A stretch of DNA of 64,000 nucleotides from Anaeramoeba ignava BMAN (taxonomy: Eukaryota > Protista > Anaeramoebae): assembly GCA_028826165.1 (NCBI GenBank), contig JAPDFW010000119.1:1-64000 (forward strand), read 5' to 3'. The notes below the pieces were generated by a model, which saw only the letters and a program-made list of their open reading frames with translations, was not told the origin of the DNA and did not search any database. The position numbers and the translations under genes are program-made. Of the stretch, positions 12,818 to 24,428 are shown one piece after another (position 1 is the first letter of the stretch; each line of letters starts with the position of its first letter).

Positions 12818-14170
12818 TCAAAATCTTTCCCAAACACCAGAACACAAATCTCTTGCTTTTTTCATAACATCAGCTTCATCAAAAGTTAAAATCTTTCTAT
12901 TCTTCATAATAACCTTTCCATGGACAACGGAAGTTGAGATATCAGCACCAGCCATACCGAATACGAAGTGCCAAGGGAAGTTACCAGAATTAATAGGAGT
13001 AGGAGGATCATAATCCGAAATAACGAAGTCAGCAAAGGCGCCAACTTGCAGAACGCCAACGGGAGCAGAAAAGAATTTTGAAGCAATTGCAGAATTGTTC
13101 TGAAACAAAAGCTGCATGACTTCTGCGCCCATAACGCGGGGATCACTGTGGTGGTGTTTGTGTATAAAATAGGTTGATTTTGCTTCTTGGAACATATCAT
13201 AAGTAATTCCATCAGTTCCAAGTCCAACAAGCAAATTGTGGGAAAGAAACCCCATAACGTCAGAAACCCCTCCAACGCCATTATTCATATTAGATTCGGG
13301 ATTGTGCAAAATATTAACGCCTCTTTCGGAAAGAAGCTTTATTTCGTCAGAATCAACAAAAACACAATGACCAGCCAAAGTGTTTTTATTCAAGATCCCA
13401 AACGAATCAAGACGCTGAACAGTGCGCTTGCCGCACAACGCCAGACTCTCCTTAGCATCAGTCCCATCTTCTGCAATATGGATATGGAATCCCGTCTTCT
13501 CCAAAACTTCCTTTGGCAATTTTTCCATTTCACTTTTGCATTTCTTCAACGTTGCATCCGACAGTGTAAACGCGGCATGAAGTCCAAAAGCAGCTGCTGT
13601 GTACGGATCCGGATCCTCCATATATGTCTTCTTGATGAATCTAATATTCTCAGCAATCCCTTCATCCGCTCCTTTTTCACCATTGCGATCAGTTACTTCA
13701 TAACAAAGACATGATCGAATTCCACTTTTTTTAACGGCTTTTTGGATCACGTCAAGTGAACCGTTTATGAAATTTGGTGACGCGTGGTGGTCAATAATAG
13801 TTGTAGTCCCTGCTTTGATAGCTTGGATTATGCACACCATCGCACTGCTTTCTGTTGAGTCGCTGTCTAACGCCTTGTCAAGTCGCCACCACAATTTCTC
13901 AAGAACTTCCACAAAGTTTTTTGGTGGTTCGTCGGTTTTAAGTCCCATCCCCCGTGAATACATCCCATAGAAATGCCCGTGTCCGCAAATCAAGCCGGGC
14001 AGCACTAGCTTGTTCTCTGCATCAATTACTTCTGTTGATTCTGTTTTGTATTTCTCTTCTAATTTTTTTGTTTCATCAATTTCTTTGATTATTCCGTTTT
14101 CTATGTATAATCCATGTTGTGGTTTTAGTTCTTTTCCTGTAAATAATAATGCATTAAGAAGTAAAGTCAT
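12818..14170 (-). CDS. ssnA: SsnA-like metal-dependent amidohydrolase (450 aa), intronless, GC-rich relative to neighbours
   Basis: Amidohydrolase motifs LPGLICGHGHFY (HxH), WWRLDKALD, IDHHASPN, YEVTDRNG, GLHAAFT, FHIHIAED, HNPESNMNNGVG, LGTDG closely follow bacterial SsnA. First ATG is at 14170; the ORF-track start is a TTG. Confidence 0.85.
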   Translation of the reverse strand: MTLLLNALLFTGKELKPQHGLYIENGIIKEIDETKKLEEKYKTESTEVIDAENKLVLPGLICGHGHFYGMYSRGMGLKTDEPPKNFVEVLEKLWWRLDKALDSDSTESSAMVCIIQAIKAGTTTIIDHHASPNFINGSLDVIQKAVKKSGIRSCLCYEVTDRNGEKGADEGIAENIRFIKKTYMEDPDPYTAAAFGLHAAFTLSDATLKKCKSEMEKLPKEVLEKTGFHIHIAEDGTDAKESLALCGKRTVQRLDSFGILNKNTLAGHCVFVDSDEIKLLSERGVNILHNPESNMNNGVGGVSDVMGFLSHNLLVGLGTDGITYDMFQEAKSTYFIHKHHHSDPRVMGAEVMQLLFQNNSAIASKFFSAPVGVLQVGAFADFVISDYDPPTPINSGNFPWHFVFGMAGADISTSVVHGKVIMKNRKILTFDEADVMKKARDLCSGVWERF

Positions 14171-14224
14171 ATTTTTTTGTTTTGAATAAATGAAAAAAAT
14201 GAAAAAATCAAAAATCAAAAAAAA

Positions 14225-16435
14225 TTTTTTTTTTCCAATTTTTTAATTAACTTTTAATATAAATTTGTTTTAAAATTAATTACAAATTATATTTTATTAA
14301 TATTTTATTTTAATTTATAAATAATTTATTAATTCAATTTTAATATAAATTTAATTAAATTTTTTATTTATTTTTTTTCCAATTTTTTAATTAAGTTTTA
14401 ATATAAATTTATATTAGAATTAATTATAAATTATATTTTATTAATATTTTATTTTAATTTATAAATAATTTATTAATTCAATTTTAATATAAAATTTAAT
14501 TAAATTTTTTATTTATTTTTTTTCAATTTTTTAATTAACTTTTTAATATAAATTATATTTTAGAATTAATTATAAATTATATTTTATTAATATTTTATTT
14601 TAATTTATAAATAATTTATTAATTCAATTTTAATATAAAATTAATTAAATTTTTTATTTATTTTTTTCCAATTTTTTAATTAAGTTTTTAATATAAATTT
14701 ATATTTTAGAATTAATTATAAATTATATTTTATTAATATTTTATTTTAATTTATAAATAATTTATTAATTCAATTTTAATATAAAATTAATTAAATTTTT
14801 TATTTATTTTTTTCAATTTTTTTAATTAACTTTTAATATAAATTTATTTTAGAATTAATTATAAATTATATTTTATTAATATTTTATTTTAATTTATAAA
14901 TAATTTATTAATTCAATTTTAATATAAAATTAATTAAATTTTTTATTTATTTTTTTTCAATTTTTTAATTAACTTTTAATATAAATTTATTTTAGAATTA
15001 ATTACAAATTATATTTTTATTAATATTTTATTTTAATTTATAAATAATTTATTAATTCAATTTTAATATAAAATTAATTAAATTTTTTATTTATTTTTTT
15101 TCCAATTTTTTAATTAACTTTTAATATAAATTTATATTTTAGAATTAATTATAAATTATATTTTTATTAATATTTTATTTTAATTTATAAATAATTTATT
15201 AATTCAATTTTAATATAAAATTAATTAAATTTTTTATTTATTTTTTTCCAATTTTTTAATTAACTTTTAATATAAATTTATATTAGAATTAATTATAAAT
15301 TACATTTTATTAATATTTTATTTTAATTTATAAATAATTTATTAATTCAATTTTAATTAAAATTTAATTAAATTTTTTATTTATTTTTTTCAATTTTTTA
15401 ATTAATTTTTAATATAAATTTATTTTCAAATTAATTATAAATTATATTTTATTAATATTTTATTTTAATTTATAAATAATTTATTAATTCAATTTTTAAT
15501 ATAAATTTAATTAAATTTTTTATTTATTTTTTTTCAATTTTTTAATTAATTTTTAATATAAATTTGTTTTCAAATTAATTATAAATTATATTTTATTAAT
15601 ATTTTATTTTAATTTATAAATAATTTATTAATTCAATTTTAATATAAAATTAATTAAATTTTTTATTTATTTTTTTTCAATTTTTTAATTAACTTTTAAT
15701 ATAAATTTATTTTTAGAATTAATTATAAATTACATTTTATTAATATTTTATTTTTAATTTATAAATAATTTATTAATTCAATTTTAATTAAAATTTAATT
15801 AAATTTTTTATTTATTTTTTTTCAATTTTTTAATTAATTTTTAATATAAATTTATTTTAGAATTAATTATAAATTATATTTTATTAATATTTTATTTTAA
15901 TTTATAAATAATTTATTAATTCAATTTTAATATAAAATTAATTAAATTTTTTATTTATTTTTTTTCCAATTTTTTAATTAACTTTTAATATAAATTTATT
16001 TTTAGAATTAATTACAAATTATATTTTATTAATATTTTATTTTAATTTATAAATAATTTATTAATTCAATTTTAATATAAAATTAATTAAATTTTTTATT
16101 TATTTTTTTTTCCAATTTTTTAATTAACTTTTAATATAAATTATATTTTAGAATTAATTATAAATTATATTTTATTAATATTTTATTTTAATTTATAAAT
16201 AATTTATTAATTCAATTTTAATATAAAATTAATTAAATTTTTTATTTATTTTTTCCCAATTTTTTAATTAACTTTTAATATAAATTTATTTTAGAATTAA
16301 TTATAAATTATATTTTATTAATATTTTATTTTAATTTATAAATAATTTATTAATTCAATTTTAATATAAAATTAATTAAATTTTTTATTTGTTTTTTTTC
16401 CCAATTTTTTAATTAACTTTTAATATAAATTTGTA
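14225..16435. repeat. Tandem satellite, ~143-bp unit, ~15 copies, almost pure A/T
   Basis: Unit AATTTTTTAATTAACTTTTAATATAAATTT...AAATAATTTATTAATTCAATTTTAATATAAAATTAATTAAATTTTTTATTTATTTTTTTTCC recurs at ~143-nt spacing (e.g. 14235, 14378). Confidence 0.95.
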
Positions 16436-16619
16436 TTCAATTCTTGTTTTTAATTGATGATAAAATGCAAAGTGTCAAATTTTATAAATGAATTTTTTTA
16501 CATTTATTTTTGAACCAATTAACTTTTTTTTGATCAATTTTTTTGCTTTTTTGTTTTAAAAAATAAAAGAATTTAAATTAAATTTATTTTTCATTTTCTT
16601 TTATTTCAAAAAAGAAAAA

Positions 16620-18785
16620 ATGAGCGAAAAGAAAGAAGAAACGGTTTTTAAAAAATATTTGTAAATTTATTTAAAAAGCAATTTATTTTGTTCTTCTCAT
16701 TTCAAACTTTGAGTTTTATTTTGAAAATAATTTTTTGTGTTTTTTTCACCATTTTTGTTATTAAATTCAATTCTTAAATTACCAAAAAAAAAAATAAAAA
16801 AATAAACTTGTTTCCTTTTTAGTTATTATGAAAAAGAAAAAGATATTAACAAAACAAGAGTAAAGTTTAATTTTGGATTGTTACCAACATTCAATTTGAA
16901 AACACTTTTTATTATCCTTGTTCTTGGTTTTATGATTCATTCTTTTAAATTAGAAATATTTTTATCTCATTTTCTTGATCTTTTTAATAAAATTATTTTT
17001 TCAGAATACAGAAAGTTTTTCATTATTAATATTCTAATAATTGTTGGATTCTTCTTTTATTACTTGAAAAAAAACAAACCAGGTATATAATTTTAAATCC
17101 AATATCAAATCCAATTTTAAATATAATATCAAACCCAATTTTAAATATAATATTAAATATAATATTAAATACAATTTTAAATATAATTTTAAATACAATA
17201 TTAAATATAATATTAAATATAATATTAAATACAATATTAAATATAATATTAAATATAATATTAAATATAATATTAAATATAATATTAAATCCAATTTTGT
17301 TTTAGTTTATATTGTTGATTTTACAGTATGGAGAGGAGAAAAAGGAATGGAAACACCAACTAATGAATTTGCTGAAAGATCAAGAAAATTAAATATTTAT
17401 AAAGAAGATACTCTCAATTTTTTTGAAAGGATTTTAACTAGAGCAGGATTATCAGAAAAAACTTATATGTCAAAAGGAATCAAACAATTTCCATTTGATA
17501 CATCTTATCAAGCAGCTAGAGATGAATTAGAACAAGTTTTCACTAGTTGTATTGATGAACTTTTTGAAACAACAGGAATCAAACCAAGTCAAATTGATTT
17601 TTTAGTTTGTAATTGTTCTTTGTTTAATCCAACTCCTTCTATTTGTGCAACTATTATTAATCATTATAAAATGAAAGAAAGTATTTTAAGTTTTAATTTA
17701 GCTGGAATGGGTTGTAGTGCTGGTTTACTTGCTGTTAAATTAGGTTCTGAATTATTACAAAATCGTCCTAATTCTTATTGTTTAATTTTTAGTACTGAAA
17801 ATGTTACAAAGAATTGGTATTTTGGAAATGAAAGAGTATGTTTCCAAAAAAATATTACTTTAAAATCAAAATTAAAATTAAAATCAAAATTCAAAATTAA
17901 AATTAAAATTAAAATCAAAATTAAAATCAAAATCCAAAATTAAAATTAAAATTAAAATCAAAATTAAAATTAAAATTAAAATCAAAATCCAAAATTAAAA
18001 TTAAAATTAAAATCAAAATCAAAATCAAAATTAAAATTAAAATTAAAATTAAAATCAAAATCAAAATTAAAATTCAAAATCAAAATTAAAAAAAGAGTAT
18101 GATCATCCAAAATGCTTTGTTTAGAGTAGGAGGAGCTGCAATTCTTTTAACAAACAAAAAATTTGGAGTTTCACATAAATATGAATTAGATACAATTGTA
18201 ACAACTCATCATGGAAAAGATGATCAAGCCTTTAAATCAGTTTATCATATGGATGATTCACAAGGAAACACAGGAGTATTTCTTTCAAGAGATTTAATGA
18301 AAGTTGTTTCAAAAGCACTTCGTTCAAATATGACTTCTTTAGGTTCAAAAATTCTTCCAATTTCAGAAATCACAAAATATTTAATTAATTTTGCACTTAG
18401 AAAATTTTTGAAAAGAAAAATTGAACCATATCAACCAAATTTTAAGAAAGTAATTCAACATTTTTGTATTCATGCAGGAGGAAGAGGAATACTTGATGGA
18501 ATTGAAAAAGATCTTAAACTTAATGAATATCAAATGGAACCATCAAGAGCATCATTATATCGATATGGAAATACAAGTAGTGCATCAATTTGGTATGAAT
18601 TTGCATTTATTGAAGGAAGAGGAAATATGAAATATGGAGATAAAATATGGCAAATTGCATTAGGAAGTGGATTTAAAGTTAATTCAGCTGTTTGGAAAAG
18701 TTTAATTTCAATTCCAAAAACAAATGTTAAACCAACTTTTCCTGAAGATGAAATTGAAGATGAAATTAAAGATAATCAAAATTAA
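16620..18785 (+). CDS. KCS: 3-ketoacyl-CoA synthase (FAE1/CUT1-type elongase condensing enzyme), copy 1; exons 16620-16660, 16823-17082, 17306-17835, 18096-18785
   Basis: N-terminal TM segments, VYIVDF, NCSLFNPTPS, catalytic LAGMGCSAG (Cys), HFCIHAGG (His), YGNTSSAS (Asn), QIALGSGFKVNSAVW. GT-AG introns keep frame. Confidence 0.93.
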
Positions 18786-19880
18786 AATTAAAATCAAATT
18801 AAAATTAAAATCAAAATGAAAATTAAATCCAAAATTAAAATCAAAATTAAAATTAAAATCAAAATTAAAATTAAAATTAAAATCAAAATCAAAATTAAAT
18901 CAAAATCAAAATTAAAATTAAAATTAAAATCAAAATTAAAATTAAAATCAAAATTAAAATTAAAATTAAAATCAAAATTAAAATTAAAATTAAAATCAAA
19001 ATTAAAATCAAAATTAAAATCAAAATTAAAATTAAAATTAAATCCAAAATTAAATCCAAAATCAAAATCAAAATTATAATTAAAATTAAAATCAAAAATC
19101 AAAATTAAAATTAAAATCAAAATTAAAATCAAAATTAAAATTAAAATTAAAATTAAAATTAAAATCAAAAATCAAAATTAAAATCAAAATTAAAATTAAA
19201 ATTAAAATTATAATCAATATTAAAATTAAAATTATAATCAAAATTAAAATCAAAATTAAAATTAAAATTAAAATCAAAATTAAAATTAAAATCAAAAATC
19301 AAAATTAATATTAAAATTAAAATTAAATCCAAAATCAAAATTAAAATTAAAATTAAAATCAAAAATCAAAATTAAAATTAAAATCAAAATTAAAATCAAA
19401 AATCAAAATCAAAATTAAAATTAAAATTAAATCCAAAATCAAAATCAAAATTAAAATTAAAATTAAAATTAAAATCAAATTCAAAATTAAAATTATAATC
19501 AAAATCAAAATCAAAATTAAAATTAAAATCAAAATCAAAATCAAAAATTAAAATTAAAATCAAAATTAAAATTAAAATTAAAATTAAAATCAAAATTAAA
19601 ATTAAAATTAAAATTAAAATTAAAATTAAAATCAAAATTAAAATCAAAATTAAAATCAAAAATCAAAATTAAAATTAAATCCAAAATTAAAATTAAAATC
19701 AAAAATCAAAATTAAAATCAAAATTAAAATTAAAATCAAAATCAAAAATTAAAATTAAAATCAAAATCAAAATTAAAATTAAAATCAAAATTAAAATCAA
19801 AATCAAAATCATAATCAAAATCAAAATTAAAATTAAATCCAAAATTAAAATTAAAATTAAAATCAAAATTATAATCAAAA
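18786..19880. repeat. (AAAATT/AAAATC)n hexamer tract between the KCS copies
   Basis: Direct reading. Confidence 0.95.
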
Positions 19881-19992
19881 ATTTTTTTTTTGATTTTTAT
19901 TTTTCATTTTTTTCAAATCCTTTTTGAAAAGAGAAAAAAAAACTAAAAATTAATAAAACAAAATTTCTAAACAAATTCCAAATTTAAAAAAA

Positions 19993-22900
19993 ATGAGTGA
20001 AAAAAAGGAAGATTTTGTTCCAAAGAAATATTTGTATGAAACAATAAATTAATCAAATTTTTAAAAAAACAAAAAAAAAATAAAAATTAAACTTGTTTTT
20101 ATTTTAGTTATTATGAAAAAGAAAAAGATATTAACAAAACAAGAGTAAAGTTTAATTTTGGATTTTTGCCATCATTCAATTTGAAAACACTTTTTATTAT
20201 CCTTGTTCTTGGTTTTATGATTCATTCATTCCAAAAAATAATATCTTTCTCTTATCTTCTTGATCTTTTTAATAAAATTATTTTTTCACAACATCGAAAA
20301 TTATTGATTATAAATTTTTTGATTATTTTTGCGTTTTTAGTTTATTATTTTAAAAAACGAAAGCCAGGTATTTATTTCAATACAACAATATCATTTAATA
20401 TTAAATATAATATTAAATATAATTTTAAATATAATATTAAATATAATATTAAATATAATATTAAATATACAATTAAATATAATATTAAATATAAAATTAA
20501 ATATAATATTAAATATAATTTTAAATATAATATTAAATATAATATTAAATATAATATTAAATATAATATTAAATATAATTTTAAATCCAATTTTAAATAT
20601 AATATTAAATATAATTTTAAATATAATATTAAATATAATATTAAATATAATATTAAATATAATATTAAATATAATTTTAAATCCAATTTTAAATATAATA
20701 TTAAATATAATATTAAATATAATTTTAAATCCAATTTTTAAATATAATTTTAAATATAATATTAAATATAATTTTAAAATATAATATTAAATATAATTTT
20801 AAATATAATATTAAAATATAATTTTAAATATAATATTAAATATAATATTAAATATAATATTAAATATAATTTTAAATATAATATTAAATATAATATTAAA
20901 TATAATATTAAATATAATATTAAATATAATATTAAATATAATATTAAATATAATATTAAATATAATATTAAATATAATTTTAAATATAATTTTAAATATA
21001 ATTTTAAATCCAATTTTAAATATAATATTAAATATAATATTAAATATAATATTAAATATAATTTTAAATATAATTTTAAATCTAATTTTAAATTTAATTT
21101 TAAATCCAATTTTAAATATAATATTAAATCTAATATTAAATATAATATTAAATATAATATTAAATATAATATTAAATCCAATTTTAAATATAATTTTAAA
21201 TATAATTTTGTTTTAGTTTATATTGTTGATTTTACAGTATGGAGAGGAGAAAAAGGAATGGAACTCACACCAAAATGGATGATTGAAGGATCACGATTAG
21301 TAGGAAAATATACGGAAGATTCAATTAATTTTATGGAAAGATTATTAAGTCGATCAGGATTATCAGAACAAGTTTATATTGCAAAAGGATTATTAACGAC
21401 ACCATTTGATACATCTTATCAAGCAGCTAGAGATGAATTAGAACTATTATTTACTGGTTCTATTGATGAACTTTTTGAAACAACAGGAATCAAACCAAGT
21501 CAAATTGATTTTTTAGTTTGTAATTGTTCTTTGTTTAATCCAACTCCTTCTATTTGTGCAACTATTATTAATCATTATAAAATGAAAGAAAGTATTCTAA
21601 GTTTTAATTTAGCTGGAATGGGTTGTAGTGCTGGTTTACTTTCTGTTAAATTAGGTTCTGAATTATTACAAAATCGTCCTAATTCTTATTGTTTAATTTT
21701 TAGTACTGAAAATGTTACAAAGAATTGGTATTTTGGAAATGAAAGAGTATGTTTCCAAAAAAATATTACTTTAAAATTAAAATTAAAATTAAAATTAAAA
21801 TCAAAATTAAAATTAAAATTAAAATTAAAATTAATATTAAAATTAAAATCAAAATTAAAATTGAAATTAAAATCAAAATCAAAATTAAAATCAAAATTAA
21901 AATTAAAATTAAAATCAAAATTAAAATCAAAATCAAAATCAAAATCAAATTTAAAATCAAAATTAAAATTAAAATTAAAATTCAAAATTAAAATTAAAAT
22001 TAAAATCAAAATTAAAATCAAAATTAAAATCAAAATTAAAATTAAAATTAAAACTAAAATCAAAATTAAAATTAAAATTAAAATTAAAATTAAAATCAAA
22101 ATTAAAATTAAAATTAAAATTAAAATTAAAATTAAAATTAAAATCCAAAAAGAGTATGCTTATACCTAATATACTTTTTCGAGCAGGAGCTTCTGCAGTT
22201 CTTTTAACAAACAAAAAATTTGGAGTTTCACATAAATATGAATTAGATACAATTGTAACAACTCATCATGGAAAAGATGATCAAGCCTTTAAATCAATTT
22301 ATCATATGGAAGATTCACAAGGAAACACAGGAGTATTTCTTTCAAGAGATTTAATGAAAGTTGTTTCAAAAGCACTTCGTTCAAATATGACTTCTTTAGG
22401 TTCAAAAATTCTTCCAATTTCAGAAATCACAAAATATTTAATTAATTTTGCACTTAGAAAATTTTTGAAAAGAAAAATTGAACCATATCAACCAGATTTT
22501 AAGAAAGCAATTCAACATTTTTGTATTCATGCAGGAGGAAGAGGAATACTTGATGGAATTGAAAAAGATCTTAAACTTAATGAATACCAAATGGAACCAT
22601 CAAGAGCATCATTATATCGATATGGAAATACAAGTAGTGCATCAATTTGGTATGAATTTGCATTTATTGAAGGAAGAGGAAATATGAAATATGGAGATAA
22701 AATATGGCAAATTGCATTAGGAAGTGGATTTAAAGTTAATTCAGCTGTTTGGAAAAGTTTAATTTCAATTCCAAAAACAAATGTTAAACCAACTTTTCCT
22801 GAAGATGAAATTAAAGATGAAATTAAAGATAATTCTAATGAAAATTCTAATGAAAATTCTAATGAAAATTCTAATGAAAATTCTAATGAAAATTCTAATG

Positions 22901-23022
22901 AAAATTCTAATGAAAATTCTAATGAAAATTCTAATGAAAATTCTAATGAAATCAAGGATGAAATTAAAGATGAAATTAAAGGAGAATCTAATGAAATTAA
23001 AGATGATTCAAATGAAAAATGA
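19993..23022 (+). CDS. KCS: 3-ketoacyl-CoA synthase, copy 2; exons 19993-20033, 20108-20367, 21217-21746, 22153-23022; C-terminal (NSNE)n extension
   Basis: Same motifs and identical intron positions as copy 1. Confidence 0.93.
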
Positions 23023-24215
23023 AAATTAAAATCAAAAATCAAAATTAAAATCAAAATCAAAAATCAAAATTAAAATCAAAATCAAAATCAAAATTAAAAT
23101 TAAATCCAAATCAAAATCAAAATTAAAATCAAAATCAAAATCAAAATCAAAAATCAAAATTAAAATCAAAATCAAAAATCAAAATTAAAATCAAAATTAT
23201 AATCAATATCAATATTCAAAATTAAAATTCAAATTAAAATTAAAATTAAAATTCATTTATAAAATTAAAATTCATTTATAAAATCAAAATTAAAATCAAA
23301 AATCAAATTAAAATTAAAATTAAAATTAAAATGAAAAATGAAAATTAAAATCAAAATTAAAATTAAATCCAAAAATTAAAAATAAAATTAAAATTAAAAT
23401 CAAAATTAAAATTAAAATTAAAATCAAAATTAAAATTAAAATCAAAATTAAAATTAAAATTAAAATTAAAATTAAAATTAAATCCAAAAATTAAAATTAA
23501 AATCAAAATCAAAATTAAAATTAAAATTAAAATTAAAATTTAAAATTAAAATTAAAATTAAAATCAAAATCAATATTCAAAATTAAAATTAAAATCAAAA
23601 TTAAAATCAAAATTAAAATTCAAAATTAAAATCAAAATTAAAATCAAAATTAAAATCAAAATCAAAATTAAAATTAAAATCAAAATAAAAATTAAAATCA
23701 AAAATCAAAAATTAAAATTAAAATCAAAAATTAAATTTAAAATTAAAATTAAAATCAAAAATCAAAATCAAAATCAAAATTAAAATCAAAATCAAAATTA
23801 AAATCAAAATCAAATTCAAAATTAAAATTAAAATCAATATTCAAAATTAAAATCAAAAATCAAAATTAAAATTAAAATCAAAATCAATATTAAAATCAAA
23901 ATCAAAATTAAAATCAAAATCAAAATCAAAATCTAAATCAAAATCAAAATTAAAATTAAATCCAAATCAAAATCAAAATCAAAATCAAAATCCAAATCAA
24001 AATCCAAATCAAAATCAAAATTAAAATTAAAATCAAAATCAAAAATCAAAATCAAAATTAAAATTAAAATCAAATTCAAAATTAAAATTAAAATTAAAAT
24101 TAAAATCAAATCCAAAAATTAAAATTCAAAATTAAAATTAAAATTAAAATTAAAATTAAAATTAAAATCAAAATCAAAATTAAAATTAAAATTAAAATTA
24201 AAATTAAAACTAAAA
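23023..24215. repeat. (AAAATT/AAAATC)n hexamer tract
   Basis: Direct reading. Confidence 0.95.
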
Positions 24216-24319
24216 TTGGAAAGAAAACAAAGTTGGATCAAAAAATTTGAAAAGATTTTGAAAATTATCTTTTTTTTTTTAGACAAAAATAATTTCTTTT
24301 CAATAGAAAAAAAACAATT

Positions 24320-24372
24320 TTTTTCATTTTTCATTTTTCATTTTTCATTTTTTCATTTTTTTCATTTTTCGA
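24320..24372 (+). promoter_or_regulatory. Tandem TCATTTT initiator-like motifs upstream of the WD40-BTB gene
   Basis: (TTTTTCA)n about 60-110 nt before ATG 24429; the same motif precedes many genes in the window on their sense strand. Confidence 0.45.
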
Positions 24373-24428
24373 AAAATTTAAATCAATCAATCAATCAAAA
24401 AAAAAAAAAAACAAAATTATAAAAAGCA

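Noticed and set aside
12904-13970. Overlapping ORFs on other frames within ssnA (and similar ones within 54579-55877 and the APH gene)
   Set aside because: Shadow ORFs of GC-richer coding sequence with no recognisable motifs
14225-16435. Regular arrays (143, 59 and 178 bp) as possible CRISPR arrays
   Set aside because: Units are contiguous with no unique spacers, there are no cas genes, and the context is eukaryotic
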